Assembly (NCBI GenBank): GCA_964645405.1
Contig: CAZYCA010000029.1
Coordinates: 28,047 to 92,046, forward strand
Source: an uncultured bacterium
GTDB taxonomy: Bacteria > Ratteibacteria > UBA8468 > B48-G9 > DSTR01
Direction of reading: 5' to 3'
DNA length: 64,000 bases
Positions 29,580 to 37,697 of the stretch are shown piece after piece. The notes under the pieces were generated by a model. It was given only the letters and a program-made list of their open reading frames with translations, searched no databases and was not told the origin of the DNA. Numbering within the stretch: position 1 is the stretch's first letter; each line of letters starts with the position of its first letter. The translations under genes and the position numbers were made by a program.

Positions 29580-29590
29580 CGGGGAGGAAT

Positions 29591-30694
29591 ATGGAACTAA
29601 TAGTAAACAGGCAACTTTTTCAGCGTAACCTGGAAACAAACTGCGCTGTTGTCCCTTCCAAACCTGCTATTGCTTCTCTTTCCTCTGTTCTTCTGGAAGC
29701 AAAAGAAAACGAACTATCATTTACTTCCTCTGACTTAGAAACAACAATTAAAACTTCCTGCCAGGCTAAGGTGGTAAAAAAAGGCAGTACCCTTCTTCCA
29801 GCCAGAAAAATACTTTCTCTCACCAGACAGATCTCTGATGAAGAAATAAGACTCTACCTTACCGAAAACCAGGTGAATCTACAAACAGAAAATTCTGTCT
29901 ACAACTTTTTCCCTCCAAATATAGAAGACTTTCCCAAACTGCCGAAGTTTACCGCGGGAATATCGTTTTCCGTTTCTGCTACACTACTGAAACAGTCTAT
30001 TGACCAGACAAAGTTCTGTATCTATCCTGAAGAACCAAGGCCTCATTTCCGGGGAGCTCTTCTGGATATTAAAGAGAATAGCTGGAACTTTGTAGCCACC
30101 GATACCAGAAGACTTGCCCTTGTACAAAAAACATTAGAAACAAAACTACCGGAAAACGTCAAGTGTTTACTCCCTCACCGGGCTTTGAACTACCTTTCTA
30201 ATTTACTGAAGGAGGGAAATGTAGAATTAAGTATTAGTAAAAACCAGATTTTTTTAAAGATAGACACCACCTACATCATTTCCCAGCTTTTAGAAGGAAG
30301 TGAAGACTTTCCGGACTACAGAAAAGTAATCCCTGATGAGAAAAAGCAAAACATTGCTGTGGCTGTTAAAGACCAGCTGGAACTGGTATTGAAAAGGATT
30401 GCCCTTTTCACCACAGAAAGATATAATAAGGTAAAATTCGTTTTCTCTAAAGGAAAAATTATCCTTTCGGTGAGCAATCCAGAGGTAGGAGAAGCACAGG
30501 AAAAACTTCCTGTGGACTACCAGGGACAGGACCAGCCGATTGCCTTCAACCCTGATTATCTTTTAGACTTCTTACAGTGTGTCACCAGCGAAAAAGTCAT
30601 TATTGCCTTTTCCAGTGACAAGAAACCGGTACTGCTGAGACCACAGGATAATGAGGATTATCTCTATGTTGCTATGCCTTTGAAACTGGAATGA
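29591..30694 (+). CDS. dnaN: DNA polymerase III beta sliding clamp
   Basis: 367 aa after dnaA; SDLE, VATDTRRL, FPDY.KVIP, IAFNPDYLLD, YVAMPL. Confidence 0.96.
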   Translation: MELIVNRQLFQRNLETNCAVVPSKPAIASLSSVLLEAKENELSFTSSDLETTIKTSCQAKVVKKGSTLLPARKILSLTRQISDEEIRLYLTENQVNLQTENSVYNFFPPNIEDFPKLPKFTAGISFSVSATLLKQSIDQTKFCIYPEEPRPHFRGALLDIKENSWNFVATDTRRLALVQKTLETKLPENVKCLLPHRALNYLSNLLKEGNVELSISKNQIFLKIDTTYIISQLLEGSEDFPDYRKVIPDEKKQNIAVAVKDQLELVLKRIALFTTERYNKVKFVFSKGKIILSVSNPEVGEAQEKLPVDYQGQDQPIAFNPDYLLDFLQCVTSEKVIIAFSSDKKPVLLRPQDNEDYLYVAMPLKLE

Positions 30695-30986
30695 AAATTA
30701 TGGGGTAGAGCACATCCAGTCTACAGTGAGAAAAGTTCTGGAAAATTTAGAAGGTGACAATGATGCCGGAAGAATTTGTCACAATCCAGAAACTCTATGG
30801 TGTAAAATCGTCAACCAGCACCTACGAAGTCATTCCTATGTGGAAACAGTTAGGGGTAAGCAATTAGTCATCAAAGTAGATAGCTCTGTATATTTGCAGG
30901 AACTGAGGACCATGCAGAAGCAGTTAGAAGAAAAAATGCGCTCTGCCAGTGGTGGTCGTTACTGCTTTCTGGTTTTCATTTTGTAA
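30691..30986 (+). CDS. DUF721/DciA-like protein, with a probable frameshift at the G4 run (30702-30705) or a GTG start at 30726
   Basis: Position after dnaN; W..IV...L..HS...L.IKVDSSVYLQEL motif; ATGA-coupled ATG is out of frame by one base. Confidence 0.65.
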
Positions 30987-30998
30987 GAAGGGGAGGAT

Positions 30999-31874
30999 AT
31001 GTTTCAGGATTCAGTGGTAGCGCTGGTGACCCCGTTTAAAAAAGGAAAGTTTGACAGGGAGGCCTATCAGCGCCTGATTGATTTTCAGATAAAGAATGGA
31101 ACATCAGCGATTCTTACATGCGGTTGCACCGGAGAGCCGGCCACCATGTCCCACAGAGAACACTGTGAAATAATTAAGTGTGCGGTAGAGCTGGTAAACC
31201 ATCGTGTTCCGGTGATTGCTGGTACCGGTTCTAATAATACGAAAGAAGCGATTTCCCTTACACAGGCAGCAGAAAAGGCCGGTGCTGATGCTGCCTTACT
31301 TATTACTCCCTACTACAATAAACCAGTTCCTTCAGGCCTCTACGAGCATTACAAATTAGTAGCGGAAAATACAGGGCTGCCTGTTATTCTTTACAATGTC
31401 CCTTCCCGGACAGGAATCTCTATCCTTCCGGAAACAGTGGCTGAACTGGCCACCATCAAAAATATTGTTGGTATCAAGGAAGCCAGTGGCAGTATGGACC
31501 AGGTAAGTCAGATTCTGACACTCTGTCCCAGCTCCTTTGAAGTTTATTCCGGTGATGATTCTATGACCTTACCGATTATGGCTGTGGGAGGTAAAGGAGT
31601 GATTTCCGTGGCTGCCAACGTGGTACCACGGTTAATGGCGGAGATGACCAGAAAAATGCGGGAAGGAAACTTAGAACAGGCAAGACTTCTTCATAAAAAA
31701 CTCTACCCTCTCTTTAAAGCTCTCTTTATAGAGACAAATCCTATCCCGGTAAAAGGAGCGCTGTCTTTAATGAGAATGATTGAACCTGAACTGCGGTTGC
31801 CTTTAACCAGTCCGAAACCCCAGACTATGGAAAAACTGCAGCAGGTTCTCCGCCAGATAGGGGTGCAGGTATGA
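30999..31874 (+). CDS. dapA: 4-hydroxy-tetrahydrodipicolinate synthase
   Basis: ALVTPF, GCTGE, AGTGSNNT, PYYNKP, YNVPSRTG, GIKEASG, ETNPIPVK. Confidence 0.97.
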   Translation: MFQDSVVALVTPFKKGKFDREAYQRLIDFQIKNGTSAILTCGCTGEPATMSHREHCEIIKCAVELVNHRVPVIAGTGSNNTKEAISLTQAAEKAGADAALLITPYYNKPVPSGLYEHYKLVAENTGLPVILYNVPSRTGISILPETVAELATIKNIVGIKEASGSMDQVSQILTLCPSSFEVYSGDDSMTLPIMAVGGKGVISVAANVVPRLMAEMTRKMREGNLEQARLLHKKLYPLFKALFIETNPIPVKGALSLMRMIEPELRLPLTSPKPQTMEKLQQVLRQIGVQV

Positions 31875-32707
31875 TTTTCCGGAAACGGTATGCCAGCCTG
31901 ACTCCGAGGGAAAAACCAGAGGCGAAAAAGGAACTCTGGGTGAAGTGTGAGCATTGCGGAAAGATTATTTATGAGAAGAAATGGAAGGAACTGTTAAAGG
32001 TCTGTCCTTATTGCAAAGCGTATGGCCGGCTTACAGCCGGGGAGAGGATTGAGCAGCTGGCAGACCCTGGCAGTTTCCGGGAACTGTGGCCGGACATTAT
32101 TTCGGCTGACCCCTTGCAGTTTGTAGGTGTGCGCTCTTATGTGGATAAGCTGAAAGAAGATATGCTGCGGACAAATTTGAAGGAAGCCATGGTTGTGGGG
32201 GAAGCCAAAATTGGTGGTTTTCCGACTTGTCTGGCGATATTAGACCCGCACTTTATTATGGGAAGTATGGGCTCAGTAGTAGGAGAAAAATTTGCCCGTA
32301 TCTGTGAGTTATGCCTGGAGAAAAAAACACCCCTGGTTTCTGTCTCCGGCGGTGGTGGAGGAGCCAGGATGTATGAAGGTGCTCTCAGCCTCATGCAGAT
32401 GGCTAAGACTGCAGCTGCTGTCTGGAGATTGCATTCCAGTGGGCTTGTGTACATCTCGGTTTTGACTGACCCGACAATGGGCGGGGTAGCTGCCAGTTTC
32501 GCTTTTTTAGGAGATATAATCCTGGCTGAACCGAAAGCGTTGATTGGTTTTGCCGGACCAAGGGTTATTGAGCAGACCATTCGGCAGAAGTTACCACCTG
32601 GTTTCCAGAGTTCCGAGTTTTTGTATCAGAGGGGCATGATTGACCTGATTGTAGAAAGGAAGGATTTGAAATCCACCATCAGCAGAATACTGGATATTAT
32701 CCATTAA
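31871..32707 (+). CDS. accD: Acetyl-CoA carboxylase carboxyltransferase beta subunit
   Basis: C4 zinc finger, GSMGSVVGEK, GARMYEG.LSLMQMAK, PT.GGV.ASFA, GFAGPRVIEQT. Confidence 0.96.
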   Translation: MIFRKRYASLTPREKPEAKKELWVKCEHCGKIIYEKKWKELLKVCPYCKAYGRLTAGERIEQLADPGSFRELWPDIISADPLQFVGVRSYVDKLKEDMLRTNLKEAMVVGEAKIGGFPTCLAILDPHFIMGSMGSVVGEKFARICELCLEKKTPLVSVSGGGGGARMYEGALSLMQMAKTAAAVWRLHSSGLVYISVLTDPTMGGVAASFAFLGDIILAEPKALIGFAGPRVIEQTIRQKLPPGFQSSEFLYQRGMIDLIVERKDLKSTISRILDIIH

Positions 32708-32731
32708 CATACCAACCCTGCCTGCAAAACG

Positions 32732-34060
32732 ATGATTCTTCATTCTTCCCGGCAAATAAGCGACCGTATTTTCTTAGAAAGGCTTAATGATTTCGGAATA
32801 AAACTTGGTCTGGACAGGACCTTTGCTCTGCTTAAACATTTCGGTCAGCCGCAGGAGAAATACCTTTCTGTCCTGGTGGCAGGGACAAACGGGAAAGGTT
32901 CTGTGGCAAAAGCCTTATCCCGGATTCTTCTAACTTCTGGTTATCGGGTAGGCCTTTACACCAGTCCGCACCTGGTGGATATAAGGGAAAGAATTTTTGT
33001 TAACGAAAGACCCATTTCCAGACGTTTATTTCGGACAGGTTTAAGAAAAGTCCGGCAGGTTGTAGAAAATTCTCCCTTCCATCTCACTCCTACCTTTTTT
33101 GAGGCTCTTACGGTGATGGCTTTTCTGGCATTTGCCGAAGAGAAGGTAGAGGTAGCAGTGGTGGAGGTGGGTATGGGTGGCCGTTTTGATGCTACCAATG
33201 TTGTCCCGGCCAGCCTTTCTGTTATCACCACGGTGGGACTGGACCATATGCAATATCTTGGTCCGACGCAAAGGGATATTGCCAGGGAAAAAGCCGGAAT
33301 TATTAAAGAAGCCAAACCGGTGATTTCTGCCAGTCAAAAACCAGAAGTCCTGCAGGTGATAAGGCAGGTAGCCAGAGATAAACAGGCAAAACTTTTAGTT
33401 CATGGCAGGGATTTTCTCGGCCAGATGAAGCAGATGAATCTGGAAAGACTCCAGTTTGATTTTAGCGGAGAAGAAAGTTTTACCGGTCTGGAAACCCGGC
33501 TGACTGGCAGGCATCAGGTGGAGAATATGGCTCTGGCTGTCCAGGCAAGCCTGCAGTTAAACAAAATGGGACTGTCCATTCCCCGGAAGGCAATTAGAGT
33601 TGGCCTGAAAAAAGTTTTCTGGCCAGGCAGGTTACAGATTTTAAGGCGTAAGCCCTTGCTTCTTCTTGATGGTGCACATAACAGTTCCGGCCTGGAAGTT
33701 TTACATGAGACTTTAGAGGATGTATATCCGGGAAAGAAATTTTCTGTCTTAACTGCTATCCTCAAGGATAAACAGTGGCAGAAAATGTTGCGTATGATGC
33801 TGCCCTGGAGTAAGAAGTTTGTTTTTACCGGACTGAAAACAGAAAGGGCAATCTCCCCTGAAGTTCTGGCAGCATACATTCTTCGGTACCAGCCAGAGGA
33901 AAAAGTAAAGGTTGTCACAGGCGTGAAAGAAGCCTGGCAGATGGTAAAGGAAAGTAAAGAAGACTGGGTCATCTGCGGGTCTCTGTATCTGGCCGGGGAA
34001 ATCCTGCAGCAGGCAGGAAGGAATGTTTTCCTGGGGAAAAAACTACCTTCCAGAAGGTGA
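32732..34060 (+). CDS. folC: Folylpolyglutamate/dihydrofolate synthase
   Basis: VAGTNGKGS, YTSPHL, EVGMGGRFDATN, WPGRL, DGAHN, GSLYL. Confidence 0.96.
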   Translation: MILHSSRQISDRIFLERLNDFGIKLGLDRTFALLKHFGQPQEKYLSVLVAGTNGKGSVAKALSRILLTSGYRVGLYTSPHLVDIRERIFVNERPISRRLFRTGLRKVRQVVENSPFHLTPTFFEALTVMAFLAFAEEKVEVAVVEVGMGGRFDATNVVPASLSVITTVGLDHMQYLGPTQRDIAREKAGIIKEAKPVISASQKPEVLQVIRQVARDKQAKLLVHGRDFLGQMKQMNLERLQFDFSGEESFTGLETRLTGRHQVENMALAVQASLQLNKMGLSIPRKAIRVGLKKVFWPGRLQILRRKPLLLLDGAHNSSGLEVLHETLEDVYPGKKFSVLTAILKDKQWQKMLRMMLPWSKKFVFTGLKTERAISPEVLAAYILRYQPEEKVKVVTGVKEAWQMVKESKEDWVICGSLYLAGEILQQAGRNVFLGKKLPSRR

Positions 34061-35092
34061 TTTTTTAAGAATTTTTTTCAAGACTGGGGTGAGATTATCC
34101 GCCATTCTGAGAAATCCTAAATCTGTGGGGTGGACACCATCCACAGTGCATTCCTGCCAGTCTTTTTTTCCCAGCAGCCTAAAACCATCCTGGAAAAAGA
34201 TAAATTTATCCCCGTGGTGTTGAAGTTTTTTGACCAGTCTGGCCTGGTAGTTTCTGGAACGAAAATAATCTTTTCTCACAGAACTCTCATGACAGATTCT
34301 GGAAAAGGGAATGCGGGAAATAACTAAAATAGGTATGCGGGCATACTTTTCCCGCAAAATCCGTATAAATTCTGGAAGACTCGCTCGTAAGTCAGGCGCA
34401 TTGGCCTGGTAGTCAAGGAAGTAACAGGCAGGGTCCGGAATTTCAGAAATAATTCTTGCCATTTCTGGTTCACCCCGGCCGCTTCCGGAGAAACCAAGAT
34501 TGATAAATTCATGGTTAAAACGGCGACTTAAAATGTTGGTGTAAGCCATGCCAGGCCTGCTGGCACAACCGCCCTGCGTGATAGAAGTTCCGTAGACAAT
34601 GATGCGACCCCCAGAAAAAGCAGGTGGTGGCAAAAGCCTGGCACCCGGGAGAAGACCAAGAAGTAAATTTTTCACGCCCTGGTAGAGAGGGAAATAGATG
34701 GTAATCAGTCTCATTTTCTTTTCTGGCAGGTTTAACAGGGTAGCCTGGTATTCCACATCAGAGGGCTTCCCGGCGGCTGTAGCCAGATAGCAGCATCTAC
34801 CAACCGGACCAACATAGCAGTCAAAACCGCTCTGACCTGTTGCAGGCATGTGGTACATATCAGAAGGACCCAGGAGTGTTACTTTCAGCTGTATCAACGG
34901 GGAATCTGTCTGGAACCGTAGCTGGCCACCTGCAGTGTTGTTAGCCAGGGAATCTACTGCCGGCGGGATAGCCCAGGATGATTTCAGGGGTAAACGACGG
35001 TAACATTTATCCTGCTTTAGCCAGGGGAAACCAGAAATACGGAATGGCTTTTCCTGTGCGCTGTACCAGACAACCTGGTCTTTAAAATTCAT
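34043..35092 (-). CDS. SGNH/GDSL hydrolase with GxDLY-type N-terminal domain
   Basis: YGTSITQG, NLGFSG.G, DGVHPTDLG. Confidence 0.9.
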   Translation of the reverse strand: MNFKDQVVWYSAQEKPFRISGFPWLKQDKCYRRLPLKSSWAIPPAVDSLANNTAGGQLRFQTDSPLIQLKVTLLGPSDMYHMPATGQSGFDCYVGPVGRCCYLATAAGKPSDVEYQATLLNLPEKKMRLITIYFPLYQGVKNLLLGLLPGARLLPPPAFSGGRIIVYGTSITQGGCASRPGMAYTNILSRRFNHEFINLGFSGSGRGEPEMARIISEIPDPACYFLDYQANAPDLRASLPEFIRILREKYARIPILVISRIPFSRICHESSVRKDYFRSRNYQARLVKKLQHHGDKFIFFQDGFRLLGKKDWQECTVDGVHPTDLGFLRMADNLTPVLKKILKKSPSGR

Positions 35093-36366
35093 TTGCTTTC
35101 TTCGTCCTGGTAGGCGATTTTTCCAGAAACCAGAGTGTAAAGAACTTTTCCCTTGAGTTCCCAGTTAATAAAGGGCGAATTTTTACTCCTGGAGACAATT
35201 TTTTCCTTCTGGTAGACCCATTTTTTATCAGGGTCATAAACTACCACATCCGCAGGCTCTCCTTCTTTTATCTGGGCTGGTGCCAGTCCTAAAACATTAG
35301 CCGGGTTAGTGGTGAAAGCCGCAATCAACTGAAGAGGTTTTAATTCCTTTTCTGTCAGTCGCCAGGCCAGAGGCAAGGCTGTTTCCAGACCGATTATCCC
35401 AAAAGCAGCATTCTCAAATCCTGTTTCTTTTTCCTCATCAGCATGTGGAGCATGGTCGGTAACCAGGCAGTCTATGGTGCCATCCTTCAGTCCTTCTATC
35501 AGGGCCTGGATGTCCTGTCTGGTACGTAAAGGAGGAGAAACTTTAGCCTGGGTATTGTAACCAGCTGTTGCCTCCTCGGTTAAAGTAATATGGTGGACAG
35601 TAACTTCTGCTGTTACTGATAGCCCCTTTTTCCTGGCTTTCCGGACAATCTGGACAGCTTCAGCTGTGGTAAGGTGTGCCAGGTGCAGTCTTCCGCCGGT
35701 AAGACCTGCCAGAGAAACATCCCTGGCGACCATAATTTCTTCAGCCTGCCTGGGGATTCCTGGCAGTCCCAGCCGGACAGAAAGAGTTCCCTCATTCATC
35801 ACACCATTTTTAGAAAGAGCAGCATCTTCAGCATGAGAAATAACCGGTTTTTGGTGCAGTCGGGTATATTCCAAAGCCCGGCGCATGACAAGACTATCCA
35901 TCACACAGGAGCCATCATCCGAGAAAGCCACAGCTCCTTCAGCCGCCATCTCGCCATAAGGAGCCAGCAATGTTCCTTCTCTTTTCACCGTGATACACCC
36001 TACGGGTAAAACCCGGCAGGCAGCCTTACTGGCACGGTCCTGGACAAAACGGATGGAGACTTTGTTGTCCAGGGCAGGATCGGTATTGGGCATACAGCAG
36101 AGAGTCGTGAAACCTCCGGCAACTGCAGCTTTACTGCCGCTTTCAATAGTTTCCTCATCTTCCCGGCCTGGTTCCCTGAGATGGCAGTGGATATCTATCA
36201 GCCCGGGAAAAACAAGGCAACCTTTCGCTGGAATAATTAGGGCTTTTCTTACGGAAAGAGATTTTTTAATGCTTTTGATGTAACCTTCTTCTATGAGAAT
36301 ATCGTAAACGCCTTCACGCTTACTGGCCGGGTCAAGAAGGTAGCCCTGCTGGATAAGAATTTTCAT
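35089..36366 (-). CDS. pyrC: Dihydroorotase (type I)
   Basis: DIHCHLREPG, MPNT.P, FSDDG, SHAED, DHAPH, SRSKNSPF. Confidence 0.95.
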   Translation of the reverse strand: MKILIQQGYLLDPASKREGVYDILIEEGYIKSIKKSLSVRKALIIPAKGCLVFPGLIDIHCHLREPGREDEETIESGSKAAVAGGFTTLCCMPNTDPALDNKVSIRFVQDRASKAACRVLPVGCITVKREGTLLAPYGEMAAEGAVAFSDDGSCVMDSLVMRRALEYTRLHQKPVISHAEDAALSKNGVMNEGTLSVRLGLPGIPRQAEEIMVARDVSLAGLTGGRLHLAHLTTAEAVQIVRKARKKGLSVTAEVTVHHITLTEEATAGYNTQAKVSPPLRTRQDIQALIEGLKDGTIDCLVTDHAPHADEEKETGFENAAFGIIGLETALPLAWRLTEKELKPLQLIAAFTTNPANVLGLAPAQIKEGEPADVVVYDPDKKWVYQKEKIVSRSKNSPFINWELKGKVLYTLVSGKIAYQDEESK

Positions 36367-36376
36367 TTGAAAACAA

Positions 36377-36406
36377 ATTTTATCCTGTCTGCCCGGCTGG
36401 TGTCAA
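36377..36406 (-). promoter_or_regulatory. Sigma-70 promoter of pyrC (TTGACA-N18-TAAAAT)
   Basis: -35 at 36406-36401, -10 at 36382-36377, ATG 10 nt downstream with no Shine-Dalgarno. Confidence 0.6.
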
Positions 36407-36488
36407 CTGCGACAGAAAAAGTACCGTGTTGGGGAAAATATGTATGAAAGAATTTTGAGAAATCTGACAGACTTTTTAGGAATCTTTC

Positions 36489-37697
36489 TTACGACGAAAC
36501 GCCACCTCCGCCGTCCTGGTTTGTCCTTCCGCTTTTCCAGCCTGTTCTTCCCTCAATGGAGATACTATTAGGGGCGTTTAACATTTTTCTTTCTACCCGG
36601 CAAACATTACTAAAGATACAATACCTGCTATCTGTAAAAATCAAGCGGTCTTGTGGAATCAGGCTCTCTAATTTCTGCACACTTATATTCTTCCCGGGAG
36701 GGCAAAAGCGTTTATTGGGGCGACAGGCTATCTTACCGAGCCTGAAGATGAGGTAATCCATTGATGCTGGTGTTGGTGGTCTGTGGTTGCTGGGAATTTT
36801 GCCCCACTCTTCCCATGTTTTTCTCCAGGCAAGGCGGTTCAATCTGTCAACCAGGGAGTATTGATAACAAAAAACATCTAAGAAACTGGCGAGTAAAGGA
36901 ATACGGAATTGAAGAATGCCTGTTCTTAAAGCGACTCTCATGGTGTTTTTGTCGCTCATAATATCCAGTTTCTCTATGTTTCTTTCATATTTCCATACGT
37001 TCAAATCAGCCATATCTCTCCAGAGCATATGTGCCTTTTTAGCAGAAAAGCCATATTTTTCTTCCGCGGTCAGTGCTTTAACAATTTCTTCTACATCTTT
37101 CTTGTGCACCTGGTTTATGTTGTATGCTGAAGCTCCATACTTTTCCACCAATAACCTGACAGAATTTAACATCCATGGTCTGCGCTTATCCCGTTGAGAG
37201 TATGCTCCGAGAAAATTCAGAAGTTCATCAATCAGTAAACTATTCTCCTTAATTTTCACCGGGTTAAAACAATCAGGATGCCTCTTGTAAAATTCAAAAG
37301 GGTTGCTTCTGGCGTGAACGTCAATATTGAAATCCTGGATGGCAGTGAAAAATCGTACATTAGCAATTTCTTCTTTGGTCAAATCAAGGGTATCCAGCTG
37401 GACCCTGATTCTGTTTCGTTTATAGATATTCTCGAATACGTGCGCCACCGCCAAACATTCTCCACCGGGATTGACTTTTGGAGCCAGCACGTCCTGGTGA
37501 TGTTCCTTCCAGTATTTGTGAAACTCTGAAATATGTTCAGAAGGCAGAGTTTCCTTTTTCTGATAGAGGTAAGTATTGATATCACTCAATACATTAGCAG
37601 CTAATTCATATTCCTCGTCTTTTGTGTACATTGCGGAATTAAAATTCATGTTGCAGCGTGCTGCAATTTTTTCCAGAAACCTGAGGAAACTGGACAT
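36489..37697 (-). CDS. HhH-GPD superfamily (endonuclease III-like) DNA glycosylase/AP lyase with a putative [4Fe-4S] cluster
   Basis: HhH YGFSAKKAHMLWRD with Lys at the EndoIII K120 position; DIMSDKNTMRVALRTG with catalytic Asp; D.LIF.LGK.AC-x6-C-x27-C-x5-C; start at MSSFL after AAGGGG. Confidence 0.7.
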   Translation of the reverse strand: MSSFLRFLEKIAARCNMNFNSAMYTKDEEYELAANVLSDINTYLYQKKETLPSEHISEFHKYWKEHHQDVLAPKVNPGGECLAVAHVFENIYKRNRIRVQLDTLDLTKEEIANVRFFTAIQDFNIDVHARSNPFEFYKRHPDCFNPVKIKENSLLIDELLNFLGAYSQRDKRRPWMLNSVRLLVEKYGASAYNINQVHKKDVEEIVKALTAEEKYGFSAKKAHMLWRDMADLNVWKYERNIEKLDIMSDKNTMRVALRTGILQFRIPLLASFLDVFCYQYSLVDRLNRLAWRKTWEEWGKIPSNHRPPTPASMDYLIFRLGKIACRPNKRFCPPGKNISVQKLESLIPQDRLIFTDSRYCIFSNVCRVERKMLNAPNSISIEGRTGWKSGRTNQDGGGGVSS

